The notes beneath the pieces were generated by a model. That model did no database searches. It was not told the origin of the DNA and saw nothing but the letters and a program-made list of their open reading frames with translations. A stretch of 63,922 bases of DNA, filler included, from Vezdaea acicularis (Eukaryota): assembly GCA_026025075.1 (NCBI GenBank). It is 4 parts of 4 records of this genome, joined end to end, with 100 filler letters (N's around TTAATTAATTAA, not from the genome) between each part and the next. Parts side by side here need not be neighbours in the genome. Positions count along the whole stretch, not along the records: positions 33,090 to 49,060 come from JAPEUI010000219.1; 3 more parts are not named here. One strand, given 5' to 3'. Positions within the stretch are counted from its first letter, which is position 1. Every line of letters starts with the position of its first letter. Both the position numbers and the translations under genes were made by a program. Shown here one piece after another: positions 37,188-49,160 of the stretch.

Positions 37188-37317
37188 TTGGGGGTGGGTA
37201 AGGGGTGAGGGGGATTATTGAGGAGGCAGGCAAGGGTGAGGAGACAGTAATATGAAAAGCTTCTAAACCAATAGCTGACGATTTATACTTATGTAAAAAC
37301 TGCCCAAAAGAGCCCTC

Positions 37318-39701
37318 TCAATGCTTCAACCCCTCTAGATACATGATCAGTCTCTTCTTAATCACAACCCCGACCAGCTTCCCCGTGCCCTCCTCAGTAA
37401 TACACAGGTACCTGAGGCCCAGCTTCCCGAACATCTCAAGTAGATACTCCATCGGCGCATTCTGCGCTATAGTAAGCGGGGTACGGTCCACGAACACGCT
37501 CATATCGATGCCGTCGTCGCCCCCACCTAGTAGACGGATCTTATCGCCCTCTCCTAGCTCGCACAGGCCGAACTCGAGCTCTGCCTCTGCGAGATAGCCC
37601 TGGAGCATCTCGTTCTGGACGAGCACGAGCCCCGCGTCCATGAGTCCGCGGCGTTTGAGCTGGTCCAGCTTCTGCTTAAGCACTTCGCGCGAGACGGTGC
37701 CGTCGTGTCGGACATTCACCGTAATCTCTGCCATGGTCTGCTTCGGCGGGACGAGGTCTTCAACAAGCGCGTTTTCCTTGCTGACAGCGCCCATGGCCTG
37801 CTCGAGGTCGAGGAAGGGGTGGCCGAGTACGGTCTGCGCGAGGTCGTAGACGCCCTCTTTCTCGATGGCGTCGGCGACCCATTTGGCCACGAGGATGGCG
37901 ATCATGTTGGGAAGGACGTATTCGAGCTCGCCGGTGAGTTCGAACATAACGACGGCGAGGGAGAGCGTCATGCGCGAGACGCCAGCGAGAAAGCCGGCGG
38001 CGCCGACCATGGCGAAGATGCCGGGAGAGATGGATGGGATGGCTTGGCCGACGAGCCGGCCGAAGAAGGCTCCTCCGTCGAGGGCGGGGATGATTATGCC
38101 AGAAGGCACTTTGATGCCGAAGGTTATGATTGTGAGGAGGAGCTTGACAAGCGTGCCGTACACTAGCCAGCCGATGTAGGGCTTCTTGTCGTCGCTCGCT
38201 TCTGAGGCGCAGACCCATGAGTTGTGGGGGTTCCGGCAGTCGACGAGGAGTTGTTTGATGATAATCTCTCCTGGTTCGCGGGTCATCGGGTTTGGGTATT
38301 GTAGAAGTGCCGTGCAAAGCACAATCAAGAAGGTCTCGAAGACGGGGTACTTCTTGATGATTGCGTATTTCCGGAAGAACTTTGACCAAATGAAGTTGAG
38401 CTTGCAGAATAACCCGCCCCAGATGCCTCCAACTACACCCAACAGTACGAAGGCAAGGTAATGGACCGCACCATACCCCGTTGCGTAATGCGTCTCGAAA
38501 AGGACAAGCTTGCCCGTCCCGTTAGGATTCAGCTCCTTTAGAACGACTGCGGCGGTCAGGGAGCATAAGAACGCTTTCCACAGTGTCCTTCGAGGAAAGT
38601 AGGTGGATATTTCCTGATACACTGTGAGTTAGATATCGAGGTATCCCTAATGGCAATTATCCCATACCTCGTAGCTAAATAAGACTCCGCCAATTGGTGC
38701 GCCAAACGCCACGCTCAAACCCGCAGAACAGGCTGTGCTCAACATCTCCCTATACTTCCTCCCGTTGTCACGGTACTTTGGGAACCATTTGACCACTATC
38801 GACCCGACGCAGGTCGAAATGTGCACAAACGGACCCTCCTTGCCCAAACACATCCCAGTAGCAACCGCAAATACTGCTCCTACGGCTTTCACGACCAGCG
38901 TTTTGTAAGTGAGAAAGTTCGGTATGACGAAGCCAGAAAGAATGGTCTTGATCTCCGGTATACCGGACCCAGCTGCGGTGTACATCGTCTTACCAACGAC
39001 CGCGTTCTCGGCGTGGACGTCTTTCGCAAGAGTATTCACTGACGCCGCCGGCATCGAGGTCTTGGTCAGCATCGTAACGCTGCCTGCCAGAATGCCGAAG
39101 AGCAGAGCAAACCCAACGTATATTCCAAATGCACCAGTGAAGTCTGTACGCCACGCTTTCCAATCCGCACACTCGTCTCCCAGGTCCGCTCTCTTCAATA
39201 ATGGGGACCTATCCGTGCAGCACCTCTCCCGATTGTCGAAGATGGCTGTCGAACAGTATCCATACTTCCAGTCGCTGACCGTTGCTACCGCGATATCGAC
39301 GAGGAAGGCAACGCATGCCGTCAGGGCCCCGATGATCAATGCTGCGACCCATCCTTGCACTGAATCAAAAAGGGCCAGAAAGCGCCCGCGGATGCCAGGC
39401 TGAGTCCGAGCAGCTCGAAATCGAAAAGATTCCTTTACGCAGTCGTGTAGCCAATCAATTGTCGTGTAGTCATCGTAACCCAATCTCTCCTATAATCTTA
39501 TCAATTGTGTGTTTGGAAAGTGATACTCTAGCAAAAGCTCACCCCAACGGCAGTGCCAGCCAATGCCTGCTCTTCCTTGCTGACGCGCGACGAGATTATC
39601 GAGTGTACATCCCCTTCGTGGATTATGTGGCTCAAACGACGATTTTCGGGATGATGGGCGAGGAGGTGCTGCCTTTCTCCTGCTTCCGAGTCACCGTTCA
39701 T
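37318..39701 (-). CDS. CLC-family chloride channel / Cl-/H+ antiporter (Gef1-related); 2 introns
   Basis: YDDYTTIDW, GSGIPE, GKEGP, AFGAPIGGVLFSYE|EI, GIKVPSGIIIP, SRMTLSLAVVMFELTG, and a CBS-type C-terminus. ATG 39701 is preceded by an in-frame stop. Confidence 0.93.
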
Positions 39702-40602
39702 CTTGAGGTGCTCCGACGATTGCGATTCATACTTCGATCAAACGATCGAGGTCCATATCCCCGGAAGTGATGGCTTGGCCACCCATGCGGCACGCACATG
39801 GCCGACCAGGGTTCCGAGGTTGCGGCGTTCCAGTTCATCCCTCTTGCGGTGGAAAGGGAGCTCGCACGATAAGAGAAGTGTTGATAAGGAAGTCAAGCGC
39901 ATCGCGGCAAATATAGCCGACTTGTAGCAACTCCGAAAGGGCTGACTATTAATCATACAATCCCTCGAATATATAGTCTCACTAACAATACCTCTTCTTG
40001 AAGCTATTCAGATAATTTCAGCATGTGTGTAGGTGGAGATGTCTCGGGGCCCTTCCGCCACTCCCACGTGATAGGACCAATCACATGCAACTACTCTTCT
40101 TCCCGCGTTTTGGCGGCGACTTCGGAGGCGAAAAGTTATGGACCACAGAAGCAGCCCTAAAGCACACGACCTTCGTCTCCGACTGAATGTCCCGCCGCGC
40201 GTACCCAATTGTCCCTCCCCACGTCTCTGGAACCATCGCATGATTCCTCCTTCCAGATCCAGAACCGTGGCTGCATCTCCAAAGGTCCGAGCACGCCGAC
40301 CCCAAAGCTCCGTGGACCCTGAATCGTGGGGTGACGTCGCTTCGAAAGAGACGAGAGAGACGACCTCGACGCTTTTGCCCCCACGCACAAAGCTTGCCTG
40401 CAATACGGTTTGTCAGAGCCTTACCAAACATTGAAACCTGCGATGAACGACTTGCTGATTGAAATAATCTAGTCAGGATCGTCACCAAGCTTCCTTCTTC
40501 ACTAATCATCTCGAACTTTTCTATCGATAATACCATCGAGATCTCTTTAAAGGAGCATCGTACCCATCGAGTTATACTTCAACCTCTCAGAACCTATCCG
40601 AC

Positions 40603-41931
40603 ATGTCGACCCCCACGACCCCCTCCGTACGCTTTATCCCCCTTACCTACAACAACGGCGAGTCTCAAACATCCGCCCTCAGGCTCGTCCTCACCCTCTT
40701 CCCCAGCTGGGAAACCGACGCCGGCCCTGTCGAATTCACACGCTTCACGGACGGGATAACCAACACGCTCCTTAAGATCATCAAACGCCGTCCTGGCCTC
40801 ACCGATGAGCAAATAGACGGCGAAGCGGTGCTCCTCCGTGCCTACGGTCAAGACACCGACGTGCTGATCGACCGCGACCGCGAAACAGCCTCGCACCTAC
40901 TGCTCTCCGAGCGCGGGCTCGCCCCTCCACTCCTCGCACGATTCCAGAACGGCCTCCTCTACCGCTTCATCCGCGGCCGCGTCTGCGCCAGCGCCGACCT
41001 GGCCAAACCCGCCATATATCTCGCGGTGGCGCGCCGTCTGGGGCAATGGCACGCGCTGCTGCCGACCGTGTCGGACGCGGAGACGCCACGGCTGACCAGC
41101 ACAGAAGCGGACGACGAGGCAGGCCTAGCGCTCGGCCCATCGGCCAAGCCGGCGAAGTCTGCGGCGCAGCTGGAGGCTACACAGGAGAAGATCCGGGGTA
41201 TTGCTAAGGGGAAACTGACTCCGAACCTGTGGAGCGTGATGCAGAAATGGATCCTGGCGCTACCAGAGGCGACAGAGGCGGAGCGCGTCCGGCGCAACCA
41301 GCTACAGGACGAGCTGGAACGGGTGGTGCGTGAGCTCGGGGATAGGCCCGGGCTGGGCAAGGACGGGCTGGTATTCGGACACTGCGATCTGCTCTCGGGG
41401 AACGTCATCATCCACCCGCCTGCCTCCTCATCATCGCCGCCCAGCAGCAACGACAAATCAACCCTTCCAACATCCCCCTCCGACCCCCCCACCGAAACCG
41501 TCTCCTTCATCGACTACGAATACGCGACCCCCTCCCCCGCCGCCTTCGACATCGCCAACCACCTCGCCGAATGGGGCGGATTCGAATGCATCTACGCCCA
41601 CCTCCCCACCATCCCCACCCGCCACGCCTTCCTCGCCGCCTACCTCGAGAGCTACAACTCCCACCTCCCCCTCAACGCCCTCTCGCGCCTCTCCACCTCC
41701 CCCGCCGCCCTCTTCGCCGCCGTCGACGCCTTCAGGGGCATCCCCGGCCTCTACTGGGGTATCTGGGCCCTCATCCAGGCGCAGATCAGCCACATCGATT
41801 TTGATTACGCGGCTTATGCTGAGCTTCGCCTTGGTGAGTATTGGGCTTGGAGGGCGGAGGTGGATGGGAGTCGGGAGCGTGAGGGGAGGGAGAGGGGGGA
41901 GAGGGAGGCGAGGTGGGCCAGTCTCGAATAA
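40603..41931 (+). CDS. Ethanolamine/choline kinase
   Basis: FTDGITNTL, LLRAYG, LLARFQNGLLY, Brenner motif HCDLLSGN, FIDYEYA..AFDIANH and YWGIWALIQ. Confidence 0.93.
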   Translation: MSTPTTPSVRFIPLTYNNGESQTSALRLVLTLFPSWETDAGPVEFTRFTDGITNTLLKIIKRRPGLTDEQIDGEAVLLRAYGQDTDVLIDRDRETASHLLLSERGLAPPLLARFQNGLLYRFIRGRVCASADLAKPAIYLAVARRLGQWHALLPTVSDAETPRLTSTEADDEAGLALGPSAKPAKSAAQLEATQEKIRGIAKGKLTPNLWSVMQKWILALPEATEAERVRRNQLQDELERVVRELGDRPGLGKDGLVFGHCDLLSGNVIIHPPASSSSPPSSNDKSTLPTSPSDPPTETVSFIDYEYATPSPAAFDIANHLAEWGGFECIYAHLPTIPTRHAFLAAYLESYNSHLPLNALSRLSTSPAALFAAVDAFRGIPGLYWGIWALIQAQISHIDFDYAAYAELRLGEYWAWRAEVDGSREREGRERGEREARWASLE

Positions 41932-42943
41932 CCCCCTCTTTGTTTTGTGAGGGAAAAACAGAGGGCGTAAGCGTGTGGGATGCGCTGGGCTTTTTCTTTT
42001 TCTTTCATAATATCCTCTGCGACTATGATCACCCCATACTTTCTAGCAGCCATGCAACGGCTTTCAACAGCCCGTCGCAGCTCTCGAGCAAAAGGCCGGG
42101 TCGCAGGACCATCGGTGCTCCCAGCGCGGCACCAGATGGCGAAGGCAGATGTGGGGGTGGCGCGTAGCGAGCATTTTCGTGCATAGGTTAGCAGTGGGGT
42201 GGGGCATGCATGCGCAGCGGCGTCGTGGCTTTTTATTTTATTTTTTGCGGTCTTCAACGACTAGGGAAGCGGGGGCGCCGACATGCTTTTGTTTTTCTTT
42301 TCGTTTTTTAAGTTATATGTTCTGGTGGAGCGAGCGCGAGAGGGGATGGGGATGTCATCGTTTTGGGGGCGAGCATTCGTTGCTGGTTGCTGCGCATTGA
42401 TCGGGCGGTTGAGGATATAGGACAGGGGGGGGGGGCGGCCTTCCCCTGAAACAGACGACTTGTAGATAGGTAGCAGGCACGTATTTTCCGACGGCTTTGT
42501 CATTTTCACTAAACAAGTATCTTGAGAGATTTAAATACGCCGTGATGCCGCGCTGATCTATTCTATTGACCTAATGTTGAACGAGATTGGAAAAGCAATT
42601 TAGTTGCGGAACGCTTCAAATGATGCCAGATGCTCACATCGGAATCGCAGTGCTTGAAGGACGCTTCGAAGCATGACTGCTTTTTCACCTACCATTCGAG
42701 GTCAGCCGCTTGAAAAACGTCAAGAACGTCGCAAGCGGGCAAGTAGTCAAGTAGTACAAGGAAGAGCATGTCTCCCCGCGGCATGTCGTCAGTCATCGAA
42801 CCGCATCGTATTATTCTCGTGTGGCGTTGATTTGATATTTGAGCTCCGTTCTCCGGCACCCTTGCCCTTAGTCTTTGACCGCACCTTGCTGATGACAAAC
42901 TGTCAATAAGTCGGGGACGAGTGATCACTCACAAGGAGCCCAA

Positions 42944-43807
42944 TCAGCGCTGCCTCATCATCGTAGCGACGCGCGGCCAATGAGACTTCTCGTCCTTCAT
43001 CCCGTAGCCAGCCTTCTCTCCTCCTTCATCTTTGATGGCGTTCAACGGCTCGCCACCAACCCATCCCGCTGCGGCTGTGACGATGTGCATCACGGTGGTT
43101 AACTCTTCCTCACTCCGGGGAGCATAGATCATCAGGAATCCGAGGGGCACAAACCGGGTGCACCATCCGCCCCTCGCCAATGGGTGTCGCTCTCCCCATC
43201 CTGCCTCCAAGACTATCCTCGCATCTGCTGGGTGCAAGGTCAAGTGCAAACTACCATCGGACGGATGAGCATGGCACACTTCACCATTGCAAGTTCGATT
43301 GACCTTGTTGACTGAGAAGAGACCGGTGCTAAATTTCTCGAAGCAGGATGTATTGATACGGAGACGATTGGGATGCCGGGAGTGCAATTCTCGGATCGCT
43401 GCAACCAAGGCACCATAGTTCTTGGGCGAGCCTTTCTCGGTCGTTTGGCGATGAGGGGCAATGCCTGTCACCTCCGGCCGAGGGCCAATTCGTCTGGACA
43501 GGACAGAATTGCTCAAGTACCCTTTGGAGAAGCGAAGATGTAATGGAGTGGGAGCGGGGAGGTAAGGATTTCGAAGAGCGAAGAGACGAAGGAAGGTGAT
43601 GCGAAGGTAGCCAGCGACGGTTTGTGGGGTTCCCCCCGGTCCCAACGAGATGAAATTGTGGTAGTCTCTGTATGCAGCATACAGGATGGAAGGAAGGATG
43701 AGCGAGGCAAGGGTGACGAGCATGAAATGGACGAAGTATTCATGGTATGGACGCGTTGGGATCAAGTCACCCAACGGGGACTGGTCTATGACACTGGAGC
43801 TATGCAT
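42944..43807 (-). CDS. Luciferase-like (Luz/DUF5519 family) protein with N-terminal TM helix
   Basis: TM MLVTLASLILPSILYAAY, then RDYHNFISLGPGGTP, GPRP...HRQ, SCFE, EVCHAHPSDGSLHLTLHPADA, GWGERHPLA and MIYAPRSEEE. Start at ATG 43807 or 43723; probable upstream intron about 43811-43946. Confidence 0.85.
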   Translation of the reverse strand: MHSSSVIDQSPLGDLIPTRPYHEYFVHFMLVTLASLILPSILYAAYRDYHNFISLGPGGTPQTVAGYLRITFLRLFALRNPYLPAPTPLHLRFSKGYLSNSVLSRRIGPRPEVTGIAPHRQTTEKGSPKNYGALVAAIRELHSRHPNRLRINTSCFEKFSTGLFSVNKVNRTCNGEVCHAHPSDGSLHLTLHPADARIVLEAGWGERHPLARGGWCTRFVPLGFLMIYAPRSEEELTTVMHIVTAAAGWVGGEPLNAIKDEGGEKAGYGMKDEKSHWPRVATMMRQR

Positions 43808-46800
43808 CACCTGTATGTCGACAGTAAGTAAGCATTGTAGGAAATTTTCTCTTAAGCTAGCTGAGTAGCTGTTCACCGACGGAAAAGTTGCACTGTCAAC
43901 CGTATCGCCAATATGAGTCTAAATAGAATGCTTGGGGGCTACTTACTTGATGTGCGTCTTGTTGGGTAGGTCCAATTACCGGCTTGGGGAGGTCTTCAGT
44001 ACAAGGGCAAGCGGGTTGAGGCAGATCAATTCAAGAGCTCGAGGCATGAATGAGCAAGTGTGTTTGAAGTGAAAGAGATTGTTGATCAATTGACAGCGCG
44101 GATGACAGCTTGGACAATTGACGGCAAAGGTAGAATGAGAGAACCGTAGCAATGAGTAACACAGGTGCTAGGGGCAGAGCGATGCTTGGTTTGTCTAAAC
44201 AAAAGCCTTTCGAAGAGCCGTGAGTGTATTCTGCGTGACAAGAGAGCAGCAGAGCCAATGGTCCGTGTGCAGGAAAGAGAAAGGAAGGGCACGATGGCCT
44301 TTGGGGGGGCAGCATGTGAGGTCTAAATAGCCATCGGGCGATTGACGACCGGCGGAGGCAGGTGCGGTCGTGCCCCCATTCGGGTCACGACAATCTGACC
44401 TCACGCGTCCGACGGAAGGGCTGCTCGCGATGGGCCTAGCCAGGCATCTGATATCAGCCTTCGGAGTCGCCGTCCTCGACCATCCCTGCCATGATGGCTC
44501 AGAGGGAGCTAAGAGGCGGCGGGCAAGACGGCTTCGCGCGACTGCACCGGCTGCAGCTGGATGCCGGGGAGATCTCTGGCACGGCCACGACGGTCGACCG
44601 AATATTGAGGATGCGTTCATTCGCCGGAGGACATCCGGATGGGCGTGTCGTCGGGACGCCTTCGCGCCTGCTGGCCTCGTGGCAGGCAGCGGGCAGCCAT
44701 TGAGCGGCGTGCTTGTTACGTCTCCTTTGCGGGTTTGGCGATATTCAATAATGGGGGTCAGCTGGCCTCCGTCATCCTTCCGACACCGGGCATGGGCATG
44801 GGCGTTCCCATCGATTTAAGGCAGAACGGCCAATCATCCGCACGACGTCGCAGAGGCACGAGCCAGTGCTTCTCGACGGCAACGAACCCTATACGGCCAA
44901 CGGGGGACCTGCTATCTATCTATCTACTCGTGCGTCGCCTGCGTTGTCTCCGCTTTGCCACGAAATCGGGTGTGAGGTTCCTCGCCGCCTCGGGACCGTG
45001 TTTTTTTCACTGGTAGCCACCGTAAGGACGATACGGCCAATTCGCATGGAAAGCCAATCGACAGCCTGAATGATGACGTTGGGCCCTGTTCAGAGGTGGC
45101 AATTGAGCCTCTTCATCCGCTTCGTCTGGTATGAGGTCATGCGTTGAGCATCTTCACGCAAAGTCGTCCAGGAGGCCCCCCCGCACTGGCTTTGGGGGTG
45201 TCCAGGACCAGGAGCCAATCAGAGGCAAGCCTCTCCATGCTCCCCGTGCCCTCCCACGCTGCACGCTGCGGCAACGCGGCGGAAACGAATCCAATAACTC
45301 GAGCGGCGCCCCTCCTCCGTCGAATGGGCTGCTGGGTCGTGCCATCGAGCCGGATGCAGGGCCCTCGAAGCGAGAAACGAGGGGCGTGCACGGTGGGGCG
45401 ATGCGATGCTTGGCTTCTTCGGGCAAAGCGTACACGTGATGGGCTTTCTCGTTCATATTCCCCGGTTGGCGTGTTCTCCTGAGCGAATGACTCCACCAAT
45501 AACCAAAGCCGTGCTGAATATTGATCAGCAGTCAAGCTTCACATATACTTCGACCTTGTCACTAGTTGTTCCATGTTGGATTAACGTTAGCGCACCAATG
45601 CAGCCGACTTCTGGCCGCTTAGACGCAAGATGCCGGCCGAGAACTCGATCGTGATACTTCAACCTTAGACGTCCCGTCGTAGTCGTACATGAAGGAATTA
45701 ATACTGCGCCTTGGTACCGCAGCAAGCGCTATATCGCTGTGTCAGACAGCATCTACTCAGCGTCTGCAACTGGATATACGGGTCTAGATCGCAGTCTGGC
45801 GTGGACAAGGACCTTCACCCGTCGGACCTGTTGTCCTGGCCAGGGTAACAATCGCACAGCCAGGGGGGGATGCTATGCAGTAAGAGGTGTCCTGTAGCAC
45901 GACGTCCTAATCTACAAAGTGCATGAACAGGATGATGACTGGCGGATGAGCGACTGGAAAAGTCGGATTGGCTCGTGCCACCGACCATGGTCTGCACGAA
46001 CCCTTCCTCGACAACCCCCTCTTCCCGGGACCCTTCTTTTGAATCTGCAGGGTCTTTTACCCGGTATGTCGCGGATAGATCATGAGCTATCGCTTCCCCG
46101 CAGTTTGTGATCTCCAAGAAGCGATGCCTTCTTCGGCCGGGGGAAGGGGGGAGGGTTGGGTCGGTTCCTCACGGTCTCGTGTCCAAGCAGCCATCTCTCC
46201 CTATTGACTTGAAGTTGATGCGTCTTTTTGAAGATATTCTATTCACTACTCTCAAGATCTTGGATTATATAGATCACCAGAACCAACTGGCTTTTGAATG
46301 GAGGAAATACGAGTCTCTGCTGGCGTCCGATCACGAGACTTGACGATGTTGGTTGGCTCAGCTCCTGCGGGAATGCAACGAGCAGAGTTTATTGCGTGCG
46401 CAAGCCAAGCCTTCGGGGTCCGGGGCAGGATGACTGCGCCGTAAGGCTCCGCTGACACCCTGAGAGAGGAGCAGCCAACTTTATAATTCTCACTTCACGC
46501 ACACTCTCTCCATCTCCAGCCCATGCGTAAGGCCGCTGCGATCGCGTTCGACCCAATCTCCGACGTTTCTTTATCTTATCTCAATTCTGCTGCAAGGGCC
46601 TTGGCAATGTCTTTTCCCGCTAGAATCGCCAGTGGTGAGCTCAAGCCGGCGAATGGTGTGGCCACCTGCATCGACGCTTGTCGAACGCATTCAACTTTCC
46701 CTTGCGATGACACGACAATCAGTTCGAAGAATCTCGAACATCGACCCTCTCCCTGAACTGAATTGACCAATTCGTCTCCCGAGAACACCCTCGAGACCTT

Positions 46801-47331
46801 GAAAGGATCTGGAGTTCGCGAAAAGATTAGGCGTTGACGAGTCGGCCATCGCTCTTTCCCCCCTCGCTTCAGGGGATGGCTGAAAGGGTGCCATGCCAAC
46901 GCGAAAATTTAGCGCGAACGTCCGCTATCAATACCCGAGAAGCTACAACAGGGGTGACAAAATACAGACGACACCATCGTAGACTGTCTGCCGGCGCCTT
47001 AATCTGCCATTGCCTCAACGTCTCCCGTAATTGTCCCTCCTTACCATCTCCATTCCTCCGTCCTACACATCCAATTCTCGATCTTAGCTGCAATTTCTCT
47101 ATTCTTGCACAAGCTCTGCTGTCCTAAGCGGCCCTCGTGAAGACTACCGGCCGTTGAAGAATTCGAACCTTTACCTCTGCAATCTTTCCCCAGTCTCTCG
47201 GCGCCACTTCTGTGCCCTGATACGACCCTTTTCCATCTCTTTCGACCTCCAATACGCACGCACATCCAGTGCGAGGATCTTTAAATCCCTCATGATACCG
47301 AGGTCAATCATATAAGAAAGGGAGGCCGTGG

Positions 47332-49060
47332 ATGGCAGGCGCAATGAAGCAGTTCAACTCTCTCAACTCTCTCAACTCTCTCAACCCTCTCAAGCGCCCT
47401 GCTCGAGCGTCCCAAAGACCGACGCCGTTATATGAGCACGCTCCAACAACAGACGACGCAATGGATACAGAAAAGGCCGACTCGCCGTACTATTCTGACG
47501 ACAGCTCTGTCCCAACCTCGGCTACCTCGCGCAACACTTCAGACTCATACTCGCCAATGTTGCGCAAGAGACCGTCGAGGAGGCCGGGCGCGCGATATCT
47601 TTACAAGATACCACAACGAACGATGCGGTATCTCTGTTTGGCTCTCATATCAACCGTAGCCATTTTCGTCCTATCATTGATGCGGATGAGCGCCTCGTCT
47701 GCTCGGAGAATCGAGACTGGGGAGGTGGTGCTGAAGCCAGCCCCACCTCAATGGGAAGAATTCCCTTTCTTGAAGCGATACTATGGTGGTATCCGGTCCA
47801 TCATCCCAAGAGCAGAGAACGTCCCCGAATACCCAAGGCTTGTCGATGAAGAGCCTCTGGCAACGAGTGTAGCGATTGCAACGGATGCCGCGCCAACTAC
47901 GCTAGCAAAGAAGCGATCGAGTATCCCCGCGAGCGAAGCGTTCAGCCCATATCCTGATTATTCGTCCGCTGAGTATGTGTCAACGTACGGGACTGTGGAA
48001 GAGTGCTTCATCGATGTCAATGGCACCGTCCGGATACCCAGGGTACAGGCTTTCCCTGGAGTGCCCCAAGGTATGCCTGATGCAATCATGGGCTCGCATA
48101 GCGTCCTTGGTCTCCGAGACGATGTCTGCTTCGAAAGATTTGGACGATTGGGTCCGTATGGGTATGGCTATAGCACGAGGAATGGCGGATCAGGCGCTGG
48201 ACTACATGCGGATAGTGAAGGGGCAGAAGTAGTATGGGAAGAGGATGTCGCTGTCGATTTCCGAGGTGTCAACTGGAAAGAGGTGCAAGACCGCTGCATC
48301 TCTTCGAACAGCCATCGATTCCGAGAGAAGCCCGCTCCACCGAGGAACAGCTACCAATTTATGCCGATGGGCACCGGCCCACCGCTAGAAGAAGAGCAAT
48401 CACAGAAGGCTCCAGAAATGGAAAGGCGAGCTACAAACCAGCCAAGTAAGGGATCACAGCACGTCCCTCGAACAGCCGTCATAATCCGCACCTGGTCCGA
48501 TTATCACTACACTACCGAAGATATAATCTACATCCGTTCGCTCATCTCCGAACTCTCCCTCCTCACGGGTGGCGAATACACAATCCATTTCCTGATCCAT
48601 GTGCGCGATAACAACGCTCCCATCTGGGTCAACCCGGCCGTCTACGCCCGTACCCTCGAGAACGCCCTCCCCCGCGAATTCGCTGGCATGGGCACGCTCT
48701 GGACAGAAAAGCAGATGGACCTCCTCTACGGCGGCCTCGAAGACTCCTTCTTCCGCGGCCTCCCTGTGCATGGTGTCTACCGCTCCACCTTCCTTCCCCT
48801 CCAGTACTTCGCCGACCAGCACTCCGAGTTCGACTTTTTCTGGCACTGGGAGATGGATGCCCGCTACACCGGTCACTGGTACCACCTCTTCTCCACCTTG
48901 TCCACCTGGGCCAAGAAACAGCCCCGCAAAGGCCTCTGGGAGCGCAACGCGCGTTTCTACATCCCCGCCGTGCACGGCTCCTGGGACGAATTCTCCCAGA
49001 TCTCCCGCTACCAGACCGAGCTCGGCACCGACAGCGCCAACAACATCTGGTCGTCCCTCG
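47332..49060 (+). CDS. DUF3405-family type II membrane protein; 3' end lost in gap
   Basis: Single TM (YLCLALISTVAIFVLSLM), VCFERFGRLGPYGYG, RTAVIIRTW, GGEYTIHFLIHV, WHWEMDARYTGHWY and PRKGLWERNARFYIP. Confidence 0.82.
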
Positions 49061-49160
49061 NNNNNNNNNNNNNNNNNNNNNNNNNNNNNNNNNNNNNNNN
49101 NNNNTTAATTAATTAANNNNNNNNNNNNNNNNNNNNNNNNNNNNNNNNNNNNNNNNNNNN
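49061..49160. other. Assembly spacer (44 N + TTAATTAATTAA + 44 N)
   Basis: Identical to the other two spacers. Confidence 0.97.

Noticed and set aside
44000..47300. Short overlapping ORFs (e.g. 46107-46343, 46576-46899) as genes or transposon relics
   Set aside because: No recognisable domain, terminal repeats or coherent splice structure; best treated as divergent intergenic/UTR sequence.
40603..49060. Bioluminescence gene cluster around the Luz homologue
   Set aside because: No hispidin synthase, H3H monooxygenase, caffeoylpyruvate hydrolase or P450 on this contig.
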